NCBI GenBank assembly: GCA_002269645.1
Contig: NIVC01000829.1
Coordinates: forward strand, 1 to 64,000
DNA length: 64,000 nucleotides
Direction: 5' to 3'
Source: Macrostomum lignano
Lineage: Eukaryota
The translations under genes and the position numbers were made by a program. This document shows, piece by piece, positions 10,512 to 23,091 of the stretch (position 1 is its first letter; every line of letters starts with the position of its first letter). The notes beneath the pieces were generated by a model. It was not told the DNA's origin, did no database searches, and worked only from the letters and a program-made list of their open reading frames with translations.

Positions 10512-12035
10512 ATGTCTTCTGCCAAAAAAGCAACGTCAGGAAAGCAGCAAGGCGACAACAAGCAGCAGCACGATGTTTGCAGTCTGCCTAACTGTGGCCA
10601 AGACGCTGCTGGTCAGGGCAGCCACTGGGACGGGCCCTTGTGCGCCGCCCATCTGAAGCGAGACGCCGACCGATTCCGAGAGAGCTACTACTCTTATCGT
10701 CAGGCGAACATCGATGGTGCAATGCGCCGCGTTGCCGAGCAGATGGACTTGACGCGCGGCGCTTTGTTCGAGCTGACCAGCGACCGAGCCAATGCGTCAG
10801 ACATGTTTGAAGAGATTCTCGAGATTGTCCAGCGCTGCCGCAGTACCGTCATTGGCAGGCTGGACGCCAAGATCGACAGCATGGACGCCAGTCTGAAGTC
10901 GTTGCACTTCTTTGAAAAGCTTCGAGCAGATATCAACGGGACTGAAATGTCTGGCGATCTTGTTAAAAGTTTCCAGTTGAGCAAGAAGATGCAACTCGCA
11001 CTTGAAGATGCTCCCATTTCCGATGCTTGGACTGATCCAGTTGACAGCAGCGTTGAACTGGTCCAGAAGCTGCTGCAGGAGACAAAGACTCGAGCTGCAA
11101 TTGCCGAGGATGCAGACGGGGCAGCAATGCGATCTTTGCTGGAGTCAGCTGTGCCAACTGCCAAGGTTCTTCTTACAAACTACATCCAATTCGTTTTCAA
11201 CTGCAATCGTACGGATGGATTTTTTTACTCCGCTCAGCTGGTTTCCAAGACGCAACAGAATGGCTTTCAGGCTTTGCCAAGCTCCTGCGTACTTGCAGTA
11301 GGTAACTATGGTGCGAACTGGCATATCGCTTTCTATAGCAACGAACTCGTGGTACTTAGCCAAAGAAATCAGCCATCGAACAATGTTGTATTAGTGTCTG
11401 CAGCTCTTGTGAATCACCAGCAACAAATCTATATGCTTGGTAATAACAATTCTTTGATTGTGACGGACCTAGCTGGTACACAGCTTCGAACTATTGACAA
11501 TGTCCAGTTTCAAGCTGAAATGCCGATCATAGTCAACGATATGGAGAAGCTGTACATTCTCGGTGATGGCTGCATAAACTGCCTGTCGCTGGACACTTGC
11601 GAACTTCAGGATAGCATGAAACTCTCGAAAGACACTGCGAATGTTCGTCATATGACAGTTTCTGGTCGTAGTTTAATACTGGCCACCCAGTCAGCAGTGT
11701 ATCGAATGAGTCTCGGCACGAAAAGATGCGTAAAAGTCTGGCAGAGCAATAGTCAAAATGTGCTGTGCGTTGTAGACATTGGATCTGGATTTCTGGCTGC
11801 CTGCGAAAATAATGGCAGCGTTGCACTTCTTAGCAGCAACAGACAACTGATTAAAGTGATTGATCTGGTGCCACTAGGCGTAAACTATCTCAAGACGTGT
11901 GCTAACTGTGGTGTATCGTATGTTCTGCAGTCAATTAGCTCCTGTGGCGCCAGCCGAGAATCTTCGAGCTCCTTTCTGCTGATATGCAGCTTGTCGTGCA
12001 ACCATCGCGTTTTAGTGCGAGTGTCGATCTGCTAG
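10512..12035 (+). CDS. TRIM-like protein, type A (divergent): C3H zinc-finger-like motif, coiled coil, probable beta-propeller; 507 aa, intronless
   Basis: CSLPNC-x15-CAAH motif; heptad-rich segment; repeated beta-strand units (IYMLG..SLIVTDLAGTQL, KLYIL, LILAT..AVYR); alignable along its length to the paralogues at 18335, 25636, 33260, 42270. Fold assignment is inference. Confidence 0.8.
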   Translation: MSSAKKATSGKQQGDNKQQHDVCSLPNCGQDAAGQGSHWDGPLCAAHLKRDADRFRESYYSYRQANIDGAMRRVAEQMDLTRGALFELTSDRANASDMFEEILEIVQRCRSTVIGRLDAKIDSMDASLKSLHFFEKLRADINGTEMSGDLVKSFQLSKKMQLALEDAPISDAWTDPVDSSVELVQKLLQETKTRAAIAEDADGAAMRSLLESAVPTAKVLLTNYIQFVFNCNRTDGFFYSAQLVSKTQQNGFQALPSSCVLAVGNYGANWHIAFYSNELVVLSQRNQPSNNVVLVSAALVNHQQQIYMLGNNNSLIVTDLAGTQLRTIDNVQFQAEMPIIVNDMEKLYILGDGCINCLSLDTCELQDSMKLSKDTANVRHMTVSGRSLILATQSAVYRMSLGTKRCVKVWQSNSQNVLCVVDIGSGFLAACENNGSVALLSSNRQLIKVIDLVPLGVNYLKTCANCGVSYVLQSISSCGASRESSSSFLLICSLSCNHRVLVRVSIC

Positions 12036-12479
12036 TGCTATAACCGAAACCGATTTATTTAGAAGCATATCTTTCTATTCAATACAGCACATCTTTTCCC
12101 TGTTAACGAAGTCACTCAGCTCTACTAAGACTCAAACTTTAAAGTGAGTTTTTAAAACTGAGCTACCGAGTTTTGAACTTATTCCATGATAGGGAGTGTC
12201 ATAATACATTTCTAGTTTGACGTCTTTGCTTTGTGTTGAGACAGTCGGTATACTCGTAGCTGAATGGCGGGATAAATAAAATCAATAGGAATTTCTATAG
12301 TCCATACAACTCCAGTGTTTCTATAAGCTTATAAAAACTTGCGTTGTTCACTGACTATTCAAAAGTCATGTTCCTATCAGCTTTTCTGTCAGGACCCTGT
12401 CAGGACTCTAAGTCCCTCATGACCTTGGCCACTCTACTGACTGTGCATGAGTATAAAGCTTATGCTACTTAGTATAAAC

Positions 12480-12909
12480 CAGTGCTTTTTTCACTGCTGA
12501 TTAGTACCCGAATTGGGGTATCAAGCCTCTAAGTAGTACCCCATTTTGGAGGAGTAATACCCCACGAAATTTCTAATTCTGCAGGGCCTTGGGCCCACCC
12601 ACCCCAAGGCTGAGCCAGTCCTTGGGGCTGAGAGTTGGGTTGAGCGAGACTGACAAATATATTCCAAGTTTCCAACCCTCTCTTACTTTTAGCCTGACAG
12701 TCTGACTCACCACACAGGTGCCTGGATATACAAGACCCATACCGGGCCAGCCAGAATTTTAATTAAATTGCTAATTTAAAAAAGCTTAACTTGTTTCAAT
12801 TGAACTCGATAAAAATTAGTACCCTTTTCTGGGGTATTAATGGGCAAAATAGTACCCCAAATCAGTTGACTAATACCTCATGGGGTACTAATTGTGGTAA
12901 AAAACCCTG
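12480..12909. mobile_element. hAT-type MITE
   Basis: TIRs CAGTGCTTTTTT / AAAAAACCCTG; 8-bp TSD GTATAAAC / GTATAAAA; subterminal TAGTACCCC/GGGGTA repeats; absent from the homologous spacers near 31.5, 47.5, 54.3 and 61.1 kb. Confidence 0.75.
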
Positions 12910-13295
12910 GTATAAAAATTAGATTCCATCTCATTGTAGCTAGCCTTTCTGTATAGCGCTAATGCTTTTTTAAATTGAGCTGTCCAATTTAGAACAGAAG
13001 AAGACGATTGGTGTTTGGGTTTTTTAATATGTACAATCGTATTTTTGTTTCCCACTCTTATTTACGATAAATCAGCTAACCCAATGTCCGCTGCCATCTT
13101 AGTGTTACGAATGTGAAACGTACTTTTATACTAGCAATGTGCATGGTGTTGTCATTCCCGAAATTTTCCGAAAGTATTCACTAAGACATGCTTACAGCTT
13201 TTTCTACTTTACTACTGTCGGAAACTTTTTTTATGTTTATGCCAATATTTTAAGTACCCAGTTGTCTAGAATCGTTTTCTATATGGACGTATAGA

Positions 13296-13650
13296 TTTTT
13301 TTATTAGAGGCAGGGGTGTGTGCACCCTGGCGCACATTAAGCGACATAGGCACACAACCGGCGAGAGGCATTACTGCCCATTCCGCCGACTCCCCTGAGC
13401 AGGCATACAAGCGCGCGGATACGTACGCAGGCACACACTCACACAGGAGTGTACAGCGGCCCTAACTTTATCAATTGTTAGGCATGTACACTTCACTGCG
13501 CCTTGGGGGGTTGGCTCTCAAGGCCGTTAATTGCACGAGCAGAGCCAAGCCGAGATTCCAATTCAGCCCCAAATTAATGTGACTGCACTGGGAATCGAGC
13601 CTGGGTCGCTGGCACACCAGAGCCTTCGCTACCGCTGGGCTACGGCCCCC
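13296..13650 (-). mobile_element. tRNA-derived SINE family B, copy 2
   Basis: Reverse complement of the 6695-7060 element; TSD CGTATAGA at 13288-13295 and 13658-13665; empty site present in other spacer copies. Confidence 0.9.
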
Positions 13651-14897
13651 TCTAGGGCGTATAGATATGCATAAATATATAGCTTTGTTCTAGAAGTCTT
13701 CACATCTTTAAGTTATTTTAGTTATTTTTTCCATAGTTATTTTTTTATAAAAAATAATTGTAATAGTTATTGGCTACTTTTGAGCAGTACGAGTAAACCC
13801 AGAGTTTTGAGCCATATAACTTGTAATTTTTGTCAATTTCATATCTCTCAATAAAGACCTGTTAAAGTACTCAACTAAGTGATAAGTCATGGGGAAAGTT
13901 TTGTTAGATTCCTAAACAATGCAAGTAGGTACCTTTTTTGTCTAAAGGTTGTTGCCTTTACACTCCATAACTTTTCAACTTGTAAATCGCCTGACTTACC
14001 GATGTCAAATTTATGATCTCATAAAATTCATATTACTGAAATCTCGCTTACCCTACGAGCGTAAATTTGTAATATCCAGGGCTGAAATTTAGCACCGATT
14101 TTTAGTATATAGGATTAAAATTAATTTTTTTAGCTAGCCTAATTTTTGTTGTTGTTTTGTTCCAGTACTCGAAAGTTATGATTCCCCAGTCTAGCTTGTA
14201 TATTTGTCATAAAAAATGTTGCCTTTCGATCGTATTCACCGCATGTATCTTTTTGTTATTTTATGTTACTTACTATAATTTTTGCCGAAGTTTTTTAAGT
14301 TGGTTTTTCTAAACCACAACATAAACTGGCGGATTGCGTCACAAATAAAGTTTCTCATTTTTCAAATGTTTTTGACGCCAGTTTTTAGTTATTCGAATAA
14401 TTATAAACATATTATTTTGTATCTCAGCTCTGGGTAGCTACTAGGTAACTGATTTTCACTTTTTATGCTTATTATCATGATTATACAAAAATAGAACTGT
14501 CCGATAATGACTTCCTAAATTTTTTATATTTTCCATTTATAAGCATCTAATTTGTTAAAACTTTTTCTGGATTTTAGTGAAATACCGAGCCCTTCCTGAG
14601 GAGCTTAAACGTCTTAACACAAAATCAATGATTTCCATCAAATCATGACTAATTTTTTTGCTTTAGACGCAAAACTATGTACAACCTCAATACCAACCTA
14701 AGGCACTGAACAATGAGAAGTTTCGATGCAGTACAGCATGGTATGGTAGCAAGCCATTATTGCATATATATAAAATTCGCTTTTTATAAACGATCAGTCC
14801 TATGACAGCTTTAGTAGCAATTAGCATTTAGTACGAATTAATATATACTTTTGGTATTACTCGTGTATTTACTAGCTAATATTTTCTCTTTTCAGCT

Positions 14898-14994
14898 ATG
14901 GCAAATAAAAGCGTCGATGCAGAATCCGATGCACAGACGTGCACCATGACGCGTTGCACAGAGCCTTCATCCGTTCTCGGCAAATTTTGGAGCG
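14898..14994 (+). pseudogene. 5' fragment (about 32 codons) of a type B TRIM-like paralogue, truncated by the TE block
   Basis: MANKSVDAESDAQTCTMTRCTEPSSVLGKFWS, then homology ends abruptly; intact upstream acceptor TTTTCTCTTTTCAG. Confidence 0.85.
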
Positions 14995-15334
14995 AGTTCA
15001 AAGCAATAATCATGTACTATATTGTGCATATTTTTGGTGCATTCTCTCCATACTTAGGTGTGTTATTTCAATCGTTATACTCTTTTTATACTAACTAGTT
15101 ACTTTTCATTTAAAGTAATAAATTATTTATTGGCACTGACTTAATGACTAGAAAAATCTAATTTTCAAGACGTCGCTATAAACGCCAATACTTTAAAATA
15201 TTTACGCTCGTACTTGATGAACTTAAAATTTTTGCATTAAGCAGTCTTGTAGTTGAATTTAAAAAAGTAGTTAATTTGTTACTTAATTATATCTGGTCCA
15301 TAGCGCAGCTTCATTAGCGCTTAGCATTTAGAAT

Positions 15335-16275
15335 TTAGCATATTAGTACGAGACTAGCAATCTTCGCCCCACGATGGGGGACATCTGGATAGAATCTCTG
15401 TTCTCTACAAGTAACAAGAATACAGCCAAATAAAGCCTTTGGAATAAAGCCTTTAGAAAAGCTTTCTCGTGGTGGAAAGCTTTTCTTAGCCTTCATTCCT
15501 CGATTATTAGTCTTGTTGAATTTGTTTCCCTTGAAAACGAGCGCTTCTCCATTCGCGTCAATTTCAACTACAATGTCTTTATCGTAGTGTAAGCTGTACA
15601 AACCGGAGGGCGAAGCACTTGCCAATGTAAACACTAGCGTGTTCAAAAGCTATTTTGGATTTTCAGTCCCTAACTGTCCTCGTTGCCACAATTCGTGTTC
15701 CAAAGCAGCTGGGATAGGCTCGCTGGCATGCATTCCGGGTATGTTTCCTTCGCAGACGGTCTTCATGGAAGCAATCCTAGGTCCGTCTTGTCTTCACAAA
15801 TTGCGGGTCCTTCCATAACGAAACATTTATTTTCAGCTGATGCGCAGTGGTGTTGAAGCATTGCAAACACAGTCCTTCAGTGTTGAAACGTTGTTTTGGC
15901 TGCCGTCTTTCTTACGAACTTCAAAGACGAAGACTTAACAAAAAAATTCCAGCCTCCAGGACCTCCAATTCTTCATAGGCTTTGTCACCATCAGGTCATT
16001 CCTCTCATCAGAGGGAATGCTTGTTTGTCCCTCGTCTCGTCATCGGTTGAATAGATTGAGCGCCAGTTCCTTTTTGCGTCTTGCGTGTCGGGAATAGAAG
16101 CATTTAACTTTCGTAGGATGTCGTCAAAAGACACGACTGCAAAACGTCTAGATGCTGATGCCCGAACAGTGTCGTCAGAGTCAGCAACAGCTAGAATAAC
16201 TGTAATCGTAGATGCAGTAGTGGTGGATGCAAACAAAGCATCGATCAACTTAAATCCAAGTTCAGGCAAATCCAT
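15335..16275 (-). mobile_element. Degenerate Crypton-type (DUF3504/ZMYM-like tyrosine recombinase) transposon relic
   Basis: Minus-strand translation across stops and frameshifts: FVFEVRKKDGS..TL; INVSLWKDPQFVKTRRT; MK..G..EPIPAALEHELWQRGQLGTENPK*LLNTLVF; IGKCFALR. These match recalled CryptonA/DUF3504 motifs (E..LW..G.LG..P..LLNT; G..FALR). Confidence 0.75.
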
Positions 16276-16544
16276 CTCTTTGTCTCCTGTCCTAGTTGGT
16301 CTAATAAACAGCTTAATCTATATGTACCCATTATAAGTTCTCTAGAGATTTTTTCTATGGCGAAGATAAGAAAAATATTATTTATAGCCCTGTCTCTACA
16401 CCCTCGATATAAAAACTGGAGAATTAATTTCATCACCTGCACATAAAATGTTCTATGGTAGAAAGTACTCGTAGAATGGTGAAGCCTTGGCCTGATGAAA
16501 ACGCATCCTCGGACTTTATTTTCCATCGAACACTTTATAAGGCG

Positions 16545-18170
16545 GGTGTGATACTACACATCGTTAAAGGTTGAGTTGCCTATTTCCATTGGCTTGGGCT
16601 CAGCCGCCTCCCCAGCCGCCGTGGTGTACGCGGCGCCCGCGGCAGGTGAGACCTGGCCGCTCTGCACCGCCTTACTCTCCAGCGACTGAAGTATGGCTGC
16701 TGCCCTCGCCTTGCGCCCCACCGTCAGGAGTCTAGACTCGGTCGGCAGCATCCTGGTGGCAATCCCACTAGTTGGATGGCCGAGCCGTGCCGTGCCATCG
16801 TCCAGTTCCTTTGGCTGGCTTTGAGCAGTTTGACGAGCGGCACGAGTCCGCTCGAGGTGAAGTCTCGGGGACTAAGCTTTGATAAGGACGCGCTGAATTA
16901 GCCCGGACCGTCGGCTTCTACGGGCAGGTCTACGTTCACCCGAGGCAGACTCAGCAGCGCGGATTGCCCTATTAGGCTCTGGGTCTGGTTGATGTTGCTT
17001 GGCCGGCGAAGCCTGAGCCCCAGCTCCCCTTGCGGTTGCAGTGCGCTTCCTGACATTCTTGACTTCCATCTTGTCCTCCTCAGCAAAGGATGATCAGTTG
17101 ATGGAGACCAAGTTGAGGGTCGAGCCATTTGGTCCGAAGATGACGGTGGCCCTGGTCGTGCCCTTGCGGACCGTGTTGTAGTATACAAGACCACTGGCGT
17201 CAGGATCCGGGTGCCGCGTGAGCAGAAGCTGCCTGGACTTAATCGCGCTGGCGTCCAGGATTCAAATCCGATGATGGATGATTTACGGCCGCTCCCTCTC
17301 CAAGGGGAAAGTCAGCTGACCCGGGTCGCTGTGCCAGCCGAACTTTTGCAGCTTATCCCGCGACCCGCAGGAGTTGGGGGCTCTCCTCGGATATGCACCA
17401 CAGGAGGATGCACCCGTTTGTCTTGGTGTACTTCGCGATGTCCACGAAGGCACCATTTAATAGGCCCTCGTCAATGGTCGACGCGATGTCGGGTTGCTCA
17501 GGCGTCAGGTCGCTGTCCCTGTCGAAAACCCTCACGTCGGGTTAAAGCTAAGAGGAGTAGCTGCCAAAGCAGCTGATCGCGGTGGGCCAGGGGCGATCGG
17601 GTCCGTTTCTTTAAGATTGGCGTTGTGGCTATAGCTGAAAAGTGGGAGGACGGCTACTCGTTACGCAAGTTGAGTACCCGAGTAGCCGACTCTCCTAAGC
17701 CAGCCGGTTTGACAAAAAAGACCGCTAGCGACCGGACTACTCCCCGGCCTTCCAGCCCATCTGCCCTGTCAACACCTTAGGCATTAGAGGGTACGTTAAG
17801 CAGTACCACGGCCGGTGGACTGGCGAGCCAGACCAGCATACCTAAGTTCGGCTAAAGCCACTGGATGGGGTAACTAGCGTTGGAGCCCAGTCTGTTCAGC
17901 AGCCCTAGGATCTGCTTTGAACACTCACGGGGACAAGTACCCCTGGATGGACTTCCGAGACAGCGTAGGGGAGTCTGCGGCTCTGAGAAGTGCTGCGGAT
18001 CTCCAACCGGCCTGTACCAGCTAAAAATAGGGATGGGCGTAAAGCATCGCCAACCTTAGCCCACAGACCTAGCTTGTCTCATACCTCACTGGTATGCTGA
18101 ATACGCCTTCGCGAGCCAATAAAGTCCAATTGCTGTATTGCCTCTGTAAGCTATCTTCCTTCTAGCCTTC
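16545..18170 (-). mobile_element. GC-rich degenerate retroelement-like segment (gag/ORF1-like reading frame plus long 5' leader)
   Basis: About 250 codons in one minus-strand frame with only two stops (SAIKSRQLLL...PKPMEIGNSTFNDV*); PMEIG resembles a gag motif; composition differs sharply from the flanks; no RT or termini identified. Confidence 0.35.
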
Positions 18171-18334
18171 TCTCTGTTTCTAATGCAACATTGTACTGCT
18201 ACGAAGAGCAGCTATCTGCAAATAATATACAGAGTTCTCTGTTGGCACAACCGGTGTATCTTACTATCAAGACAATATTGTATTTCTCATATGTTTAATA
18301 GCTAATACTATGTTTATTATTTCTCTTTTTAGCT

Positions 18335-19846
18335 ATGGCAACTGAAAGTGTCGATGCAGAATCCCATGCACAGACGTGCACCATGACGCGTTGCACGGAA
18401 CCCTCGTCCGGTCTCGGCAAATTCTGGAGCGGGCTACTCTGCGATCGACATCTCGTTAAAGATGAGAAGATTTTTACAAAGAGATACGCCGATATAAAAT
18501 CAAAAAACACTGAGGTATTGTCGAAGACAGATGAACTGTTAAAAGCAAACAGGGTTGCTCTGTTTGATCTGACCAGCGACAGAGCTGAGGCCGCTGACCT
18601 GTTTGACGCAATATTTCAGAGATTGCAGCAGTGCAGAGAAAATGTGATGAGCAGATTGGACTCTAAAATAGACAATGTGGAGCAGAACTTGAGAGCTCTC
18701 GGCTTCATAGAGAAACTTTCGGTCGAGATCGGCGAGGAGGAAGCCAAAGGTGTTTCAACTAAAGGATTCAGGCTGCATCAAGCGGTCCAGATCTCGCTTG
18801 AAGATGCCCCGATATCAGAAGAGTTTGTCGATCCGGTAGACAACAGTGTGCAGCAGGTACTGAGATTGCAACAGGCTTTTGAGACTATGGCCGCTGAGGC
18901 CGAGAATCCTGAAGTCCAGGACAAGAATCTAAAAGCTAGAATTAATTCTGCCAGGCCCAAAGTAAATGTGTCTAATTTACCCAATATTTCGTATGAATAT
19001 ATTCTCGCTGCTGTTTGTAACAATACTGCTGGATACTATTTCTCATCGCAAGCAGTCTCGAAGACAAACCAAAACGGATTTCAAGCTCTCCCTAGCGGAA
19101 GCACTTTTTGTGTGGCTAAAGCTTCGCAGTATTGGTTTTTCATGGTCTGTAATTCAGACATGCAAATAATCAGTCAGTGGAACGTTGGTAGCAACGGAGT
19201 GCAGCTAGCTTCAGGTACTCTTGTCGATCATCTTCAGCAGATATTTCTTCTTGGAACCAATCGGTCCCTAATTCAGACTAACCTGAGTGGCGCCCAGTTG
19301 CGAAGTGTCCATAATGTGCAGTTCCAACCTCCACTACGCCTCACTCATGACATGAAGAAGCTGTACATTCTTAGCAACGGTTGCGTGAACTGCCTCTCTC
19401 TGGGGTCGCTTGTGCTGCAGCAGAGCTTGAAGCTGCCTGATCATTTGAAGGACGCTCGGAGTGTAGCAGTTTCAAGACGCGGCTTAATACTGTCCACCCC
19501 ATCAGCTGTACATCGATTAAACATCTGCACCGGTGGTGTGATAAAGCTGATGGACAGTCAAAACTTTTGTGTCGCTGTCATTGACTCTGGATTGATTGCA
19601 GTGTTCGAAACTAATGGAAATGCTGTTTTTGTGAGCAGCTCAGGGCAGCGGTTGAAAAGTTTCAGTCTGACAAACTCGGGTTTCAACTACGTAAACTATT
19701 GCCAAACTTGTCGACAGAACAATTACAATACCACCTGGCAATCTATAGTCTGCAGCGGTGCCTACTTAGATTCCACAAGCTGTTTCGTTCTTCTTGTGCA
19801 CATGTCATGCGGACACCGACTCCTTGGGCGCGTTTCTATTGGTTAA
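18335..19846 (+). CDS. TRIM-like protein, type B paralogue B1 (503 aa, intronless)
   Basis: CTMTRC-x15-CDRH; coiled coil; propeller-like C-terminus; CQTC..SCGH tail; acceptor TTTCTCTTTTTAG 2 nt before the ATG. Confidence 0.85.
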   Translation: MATESVDAESHAQTCTMTRCTEPSSGLGKFWSGLLCDRHLVKDEKIFTKRYADIKSKNTEVLSKTDELLKANRVALFDLTSDRAEAADLFDAIFQRLQQCRENVMSRLDSKIDNVEQNLRALGFIEKLSVEIGEEEAKGVSTKGFRLHQAVQISLEDAPISEEFVDPVDNSVQQVLRLQQAFETMAAEAENPEVQDKNLKARINSARPKVNVSNLPNISYEYILAAVCNNTAGYYFSSQAVSKTNQNGFQALPSGSTFCVAKASQYWFFMVCNSDMQIISQWNVGSNGVQLASGTLVDHLQQIFLLGTNRSLIQTNLSGAQLRSVHNVQFQPPLRLTHDMKKLYILSNGCVNCLSLGSLVLQQSLKLPDHLKDARSVAVSRRGLILSTPSAVHRLNICTGGVIKLMDSQNFCVAVIDSGLIAVFETNGNAVFVSSSGQRLKSFSLTNSGFNYVNYCQTCRQNNYNTTWQSIVCSGAYLDSTSCFVLLVHMSCGHRLLGRVSIG

Positions 19847-20860
19847 TCCAGTCGCTGTTATGCAGTTTTGTTCAGACTTTTACTTTACTCTAGTAAGGTA
19901 TCATTTCGAAAAAGCTAACTAACGACGCAGTTTAAAATTTATCGAAGACAAGTAGCTTTATAGATGAAGCTAACTGCAACATCTACGAGCGTACAATAAA
20001 ACCCCACAATTTTGCTTGCAATTTTTGAGATGTTTTGAGATTTTTAAGATCTTAAGATGTTTCCGGTCATTTGTTCTCAAACGGCGTCTTCTTTTTGATA
20101 TGTTGGTCAGGATTTAAATCATATAAATGTATTTATCGGAAATGCGTTTTAACATAATGTAAGTTGTCACTACGCCAGCAGACTTTCGCCAATGGCTACT
20201 GTATTGCATTGATTGATTCTAAAGTGAACTGAAGACCAATTAACAGTAGAACTACCAAGAGGGGGGGGGGAAATCAAAGACAATTTTTTTGCTGCGCCGA
20301 ACGAAGCAACGCAGGCACACGAAATTCAAGAACACGGACTAACTTTTTGTTGCGCACATTCTCAAACAAGAATCAAGTCGCCAGCCCTCCGGACCGTCGA
20401 GATATTCGACGATTCTACCTGAAGGTCGGATTTTTCCCATAGCGCTAGTGTATTCAGTACACCCCTGTGCGCCAATCAGCACTGCGCCTCAGTGCAGCCT
20501 TGCCAAGTCTCCAAATTTCAACAGCACGTCGACCACATGTGTCTGCATTAGCTCTGTCTTTGTTGGTCACTAGCCTTCACCCAGGCGGAGCTTCTGGACC
20601 TTCAACAGATGACACCAGGTGACTATGGACAGCCTGATTAGAATTTCTCTAGATTCACTGATCAAGCCTCGACAGCGGGCAAGAATCAACTGCTGGACAT
20701 CCTCAGCTAGTCTGTTGAGCATTCCGTCAACACCCGGACGCCGTCGGCACCTTCAACAGGTTACACCAAGTGACTATGAACATTCTGTTGCAAATATGTC
20801 CGATTTTTCGTATCAAGCTTACATAATAAGCAAACCTCATGGGCAGACCAGCGAGAATGT

Positions 20861-21073
20861 CTCAGGGCAGCAGTTAAAAGTTTCACTCTGTCAAACTCTG
20901 GTTTTAAATTGAATCACAATAGTCAAGCTGGTGCACAGTGTAGTACGAATACTGTCGCCTACTATATTATCGGCTGCGGAGCCTATTTAAATTCCAGAAG
21001 CTGTTTCGTTGTTATTGTGCAGATGCCATTTTGTTACCGACTCCTTGGGCGCGTTTCTGTTGGTGAATATTGA
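20861..21073 (+). pseudogene. 3'-end relic of a diverged TRIM-like paralogue
   Basis: SGQQLKS(F)TLSNSGF..YIIGCGAYLNSRSCFVVIVQMPFCYRLLGRVSVG matches the family C-terminus; one frameshift in this copy. Confidence 0.8.
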
Positions 21074-23091
21074 GCTATTACCTCGTTTCAGATACTGCTA
21101 CTCATAGCAAGATTAATGACAATGTTTAAAATCTATCGGAAAGAAAGAGCATAATTTAAGTTTATATGAACAGACAGTTTTTGTTTGTTGGCTGTTTTAA
21201 TATAGTATTATCCATAGCTGTGGTTAAGCGGTTTCAACCTTCGACTTTTTTTGACGTGCCCATCGATCATAAATAATCTGAAGTTCAGTGTATTTTACTA
21301 AAAACTCAAAACTCAAAGCAGTTTTTCCGTATTTTTTTGTACGAGTATTTTCTGAAAAGCAGTCACTAATATCCACCGGAGATGTCACTCACTGTATTGC
21401 TTTGGCTGGTTTTTAGTGATAGTATGGTCTTGAAAGTAAAATATGAAGTTATTTCTGTATCTGCAAGTCTACTAAAGTTTATGTTTGCTTAGTCAAATTT
21501 ATGTTTATGCAAAAAATTTATAAAATAAGTTAAAAATCTTCCGTTTTATTTGCACTTTAGAGTTTGCTTGTTTGCAGTTCAGTTTGATTTTTGACGAGCT
21601 GTACATCTAAGTTATTACTTTTTCTTGGAATTAGTTTGTATTGTTGTGGCCCCTTCAGTATTCTGTCTAAGAAAATTTGCGTGATAAGTTAGTTGGCGTT
21701 TAATTGTGGTGCTATTGATTCTAAACCATATTTCCCGCTGTGGCCAAGCTATCGTATGATATAGAACATGCCGTGATATACTTTCAAAACAGTGATTTGA
21801 GTAATTTGAATTGCTCTAAATAAGAATTAGAATTTATTTTCAGTCAACGTTAAAAAAGTAAAAAAATACTTTTTTCAATGCTGAATTCCAATTCTTATTT
21901 TCCATCAACCCGATTTTTATTGCTTTTTATGTACTCGAATCATTGCCACATAGCATATGGGCCGTTTTCGTCTATTTCCATGTGTTTTTTATATTTACAT
22001 ATGGGAGGTCTAACTAAGTACTGGAATGAAAGAAAAAATAAAATGATGCAATTCGTGATTTGCTACTTGTACAATTTGTTGAGCAAACCTGATGTTTCTA
22101 AGAGGAGACCTGATTGACATGTTCGCGTTTCTAATCAATTGGTCCGACCAGCTACCGATTCTAGTAGCTTTAAGGCTTCGTTTTGGGTTCTTTAATGTCC
22201 TAAATTGACGTTATATCCCCATTTTATGCACTTTATTCTCTAAGACATCAAGGGAGAGACCGCGACGGGATCTGGGCGATTTTAGGCAACTGTTCCGAGC
22301 AGTTATGCACTCCAGTCGGTTTGGTGCGGGACCTAGCTTTGGGTTCCATTGTAGAGCTTTAAGGTGACATCCTTGTAGAAATTATTGGAATTTAAAATTA
22401 GAACTAAGATTAGCTAAGCTTTCTCTTTAATGTCTGTTTTGATTTTACTTACCTCCCTCAGCTTGGTTTTACACAAGCTTGTGGTCTTTTGCTTAGATTT
22501 ATGGTGAAATTGTATATCCAGAATAGCCATTATTTACCTGTGATTTCAGTAATAGTAGTTTTGTGCACCTATTTGTGTGCCTTACCAATTGCAAAATTTA
22601 ACTTCTGATCAATTTTATGTTTTAGCAACATCGCGTGCAATTTTATATATTCGTTGTACTTACTTTATTTTTCCTGTCAATTTCTTGACAGTTTGATTGG
22701 ATTGATTTGTTTTCAATTTTGACATTTTTGTATACTGAGCCTTTTAGGCTTCTGCTTTACTTCTCTTGAATGCTACAAAAGTAGAACTTGTTTTGTTTCG
22801 ATTTTCTAGCGAATCGAGTGATTCCAAAACAGAGCAATGAGAAAAAAATATATTTTTGTATTCGTTCTTTTGATTGTACATAGCATTGTATATAGACTTC
22901 ATCATTTGGCCACTAAGCCTTCTTAACACGCAGTTTCTCTACAGTTTTTTGGTACAGCTAATGAATTTCTTAATGAGAGACTCTGCAATGTCGGTAACAA
23001 GCACATCAGCTTATCAAAATGAATAATACTATAGTTAATTATTTTTAGGTGTTGTAGAGCATTTATTTTTATGTAGTTAATGCGCTACACG

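Noticed and set aside
17800-18170. Self-cleaving ribozyme at the 5' end of the retroelement-like segment
   Set aside because: Hairpins are present (e.g. CATACC/GGTATG) but no hammerhead core or HDV-like pseudoknot could be assembled by eye
20300-20850. Coding relic around the 33-bp direct repeat CCTTCAACAG..ACACCA.GTGACTATG.ACA
   Set aside because: No recognisable translation; origin unresolved
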